Shown: in pieces, positions 62,289 to 64,000 of the stretch | Layout of the letters: every line of letters begins with the position of its first letter | How positions within the stretch are numbered: position 1 is the stretch's first letter | Assembly (NCBI RefSeq): GCF_006345805.1 | Contig: NC_042997.1 | Span: 112,406,001-112,470,000 of the forward strand | Length of the DNA stretch: 64,000 bases | Source: Octopus sinensis | Lineage: Eukaryota | Direction of reading: 5' to 3' | Notes under the pieces: model-generated | What the model was told of the DNA's origin: nothing | What the model saw: the letters and a program-made list of their open reading frames with translations, nothing else | Database searches by the model: none | Translations under genes and position numbers: made by a program

Positions 62289-62556
62289 TGTTGTGGTGAA
62301 ACCCTGACACCCCGGTGGGATAGCAAGTCAACTGTCCTAAACCATATAAAGGTGCATGTGCACTGTCCATGAGGAACAGTGTGGTGTGTGCAGGTGCTTT
62401 GCAAAGACAGTCGTAGAAGTCATTGAGAAGAGATATTGTTTGTTACCTGTTGTTTCTGATTTACATTTCTATTGTTAAAAAAAATAAGTCCACGTTATAA
62501 AGTGGCATATAGAGGGAGTTCAAAGAAGGACATAACAGTGTCAACTAGGCACAACA
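62289..62556. mobile_element. Solo LTR (268 bp) nested in a CORE-SINE
   Basis: GTTTC|TGTTGTG ... CACAACA|GTTTC: 7-bp terminal inverted repeat, 5-bp TSD, internal TATA-like catataaagg. The SINE sequence resumes across the insert. Confidence 0.85.
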
Positions 62557-63050
62557 GTTTCCATCAAACAAATTCACTCATAAGGCTTTGGTTGACCCAG
62601 AGCTATAGAAGAAGACAGCCTGGAGATATCTGCTGAGTTAAAATCTTCCTTGTGTATGTGGGCTCGAGACTACATAAAACCAAGATTAACTTCAAAGAAT
62701 CACAGTCTGATGATGGCTTAACTGGTTGAAACTTCAAAGTCACTATCAATAATATCTTTGTTTAAGAATAATAAATCTATATTCTACAAAAGCACAGAGC
62801 AACCCATCAGATTAATGTAAAATTGTTTTTATTAAAACTGAACAGAAAAAACAAACGTTCGTTTGTTTGTATGTATGGATAGATGGATGTGTGAAAAGGC
62901 AGACAGGTAGATTGACAGAAATACATAATTTTTGCATTTCTTCTATCACCAGTTCCAAAGTGATCAATAATGATTGAAAATTTACGAACAGTTACATTGT
63001 AATATAAAACAGATAAATGCAGAGATATTTCAATGTTTTATTAACCTTAC

Positions 63051-63183
63051 CTCAATAAAGAGTCCAAGATTTTCACTTGAGCATTCAACAATCACAGTAG
63101 TTTGTGCTCCTGACAGAATATTACCAGTTGCAGGATATATATTAAAAATGCCCAAGGAACACCGAGTTTGTATTGGTTCAATT
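63051..63183 (-). CDS. HYDIN: HYDIN internal coding exon 1 of 16 in window (IEPIQTRCSLGIFNIYPATGNILSGAQTTVIVECSSENLGLFIE)
   Basis: Found by manual translation (not in ORF track). tag|A acceptor, GAG|gtaagg donor, 133 nt. Resembles human HYDIN GMFTVYPGFGSIPSGGQQVINVDC (recalled) and joins the 54271 exon in phase 0. Confidence 0.88.
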
Positions 63184-64000
63184 CTAGTCAATGGTAATAA
63201 ACAAGTTAATTATTACGAAGCAGTTAAAATACGATGTATACACCTATACTATAATGGAGAAAGCTGGTTATTCATTAGGTGGAATTATGTAACTTTTACT
63301 CAAAGAAATTATTAAAATCTCCAGTGTCTAGAAAATTCTTCACAATTCCAAATTTATATTTTTTATCAAAATGTGGTTTTCAATAACATTTCAAGTAGAT
63401 GATTACTTTTAATTCATTGTAAACTATTTCTTAAAATCTTGAACTGTGAGATAGGTTATGTTTTGATATTGTCATCTCTCTTTCCTTTCATCTCCTCTTT
63501 GTCTATACATTTCAGGTAGGAAATTTTTTTTTTTATGAAACCTCTACTTTTATCGCAGTTCATATGATGAACAAGGACAAAATAAAAATATAATTTCCTG
63601 TATGCACAACTGCAGTTGTGTGTGCTTATTTAGGTTTTTAATACTAAAATGTACAAATATATATATTGACGGAAAAGAAATAAGTTATAAAATCATATCA
63701 TTGCTATTATGTTAAACTGTTGTATGTCCAAATTTGACCAAATACATTTTTACAATATTTATTTTTGCTTGCAATAGCTGGTTCTATTGGTCAAACTATC
63801 GTATCTCCAGTTGCTTTAGATGCCAAGATATCAAAAATTGTCAAAGTGTAATACAACGGTTTTACAACGGAATGGTAAAACTTTTTTTGTTTTCTAAAAA
63901 AAAAAGCAACATTTTGGACTTATGACACTTTTGCATAAATAGCAACGATATGTGTTCAACCCAACAGTAAGTTTTTCAACAGGATTTTTTTTTCCAGTAA

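Noticed and set aside
63470-63521. Strong + strand polypyrimidine-CAG|GTAGG (recursive-splice-like) site
   Set aside because: It is antisense to the only gene identified, with no supporting + strand transcript.
63721-63900. Possible further HYDIN exon, or + strand exon (GSIGQTIVSPVALDAKISKIVKV*)
   Set aside because: All three minus frames stop and none resembles HYDIN. The + strand peptide is short, unrecognised and has no partner exon.
1-64000. CRISPR-like or prokaryotic defence system
   Set aside because: No repeat-spacer arrays or operon-like genes. All regular repeats are TE-internal or simple repeats in a eukaryotic intron context.

Overview
Eukaryotic, AT-rich, repeat-dense genomic DNA, most likely from an octopus or other coleoid cephalopod (inferred from the repeat families and host-gene divergence). 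The whole window lies inside one large minus-strand gene, HYDIN (axonemal central-pair protein). I traced 16 consecutive coding exons (63183 down to 351; 2857 nt, about 952 codons). All have GT-AG boundaries and matching splice phases, and the translation follows human HYDIN as I recall it. The introns are a transposon collection: a full-length but disabled Helitron (40780-47654) plus several non-autonomous Helitrons; RTE LINEs; two CR1/L2-group LINEs, one nearly intact; R4/Dong-type LINEs stacked in (TAA)n; a HERO-like fragment; a DD37D (maT-like) mariner relic; hAT and piggyBac-type MITEs with target-site duplications; a solo LTR; at least three tRNA-SINE families; long fold-back hairpins; and a 1.5-kb TA/CA microsatellite. 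There is a 100-N gap at 60091-60190. I cannot claim a proven new biological system. The best leads are: (1) a CORE-SINE whose 3' tail matches the 3' end of a CR1/L2 LINE in the same window; (2) a complete PHD-type zinc finger inside the RTE reverse transcriptase; (3) STPR-like 23-aa repeats at the Helitron N-terminus; (4) a stack of Dong-like insertions in TAA repeats; (5) 8/8 orientation bias of one SINE family; (6) a 1.1-kb composite fold-back element. Exon and TSD-bounded coordinates were counted by hand to the base; other repeat boundaries are approximate.
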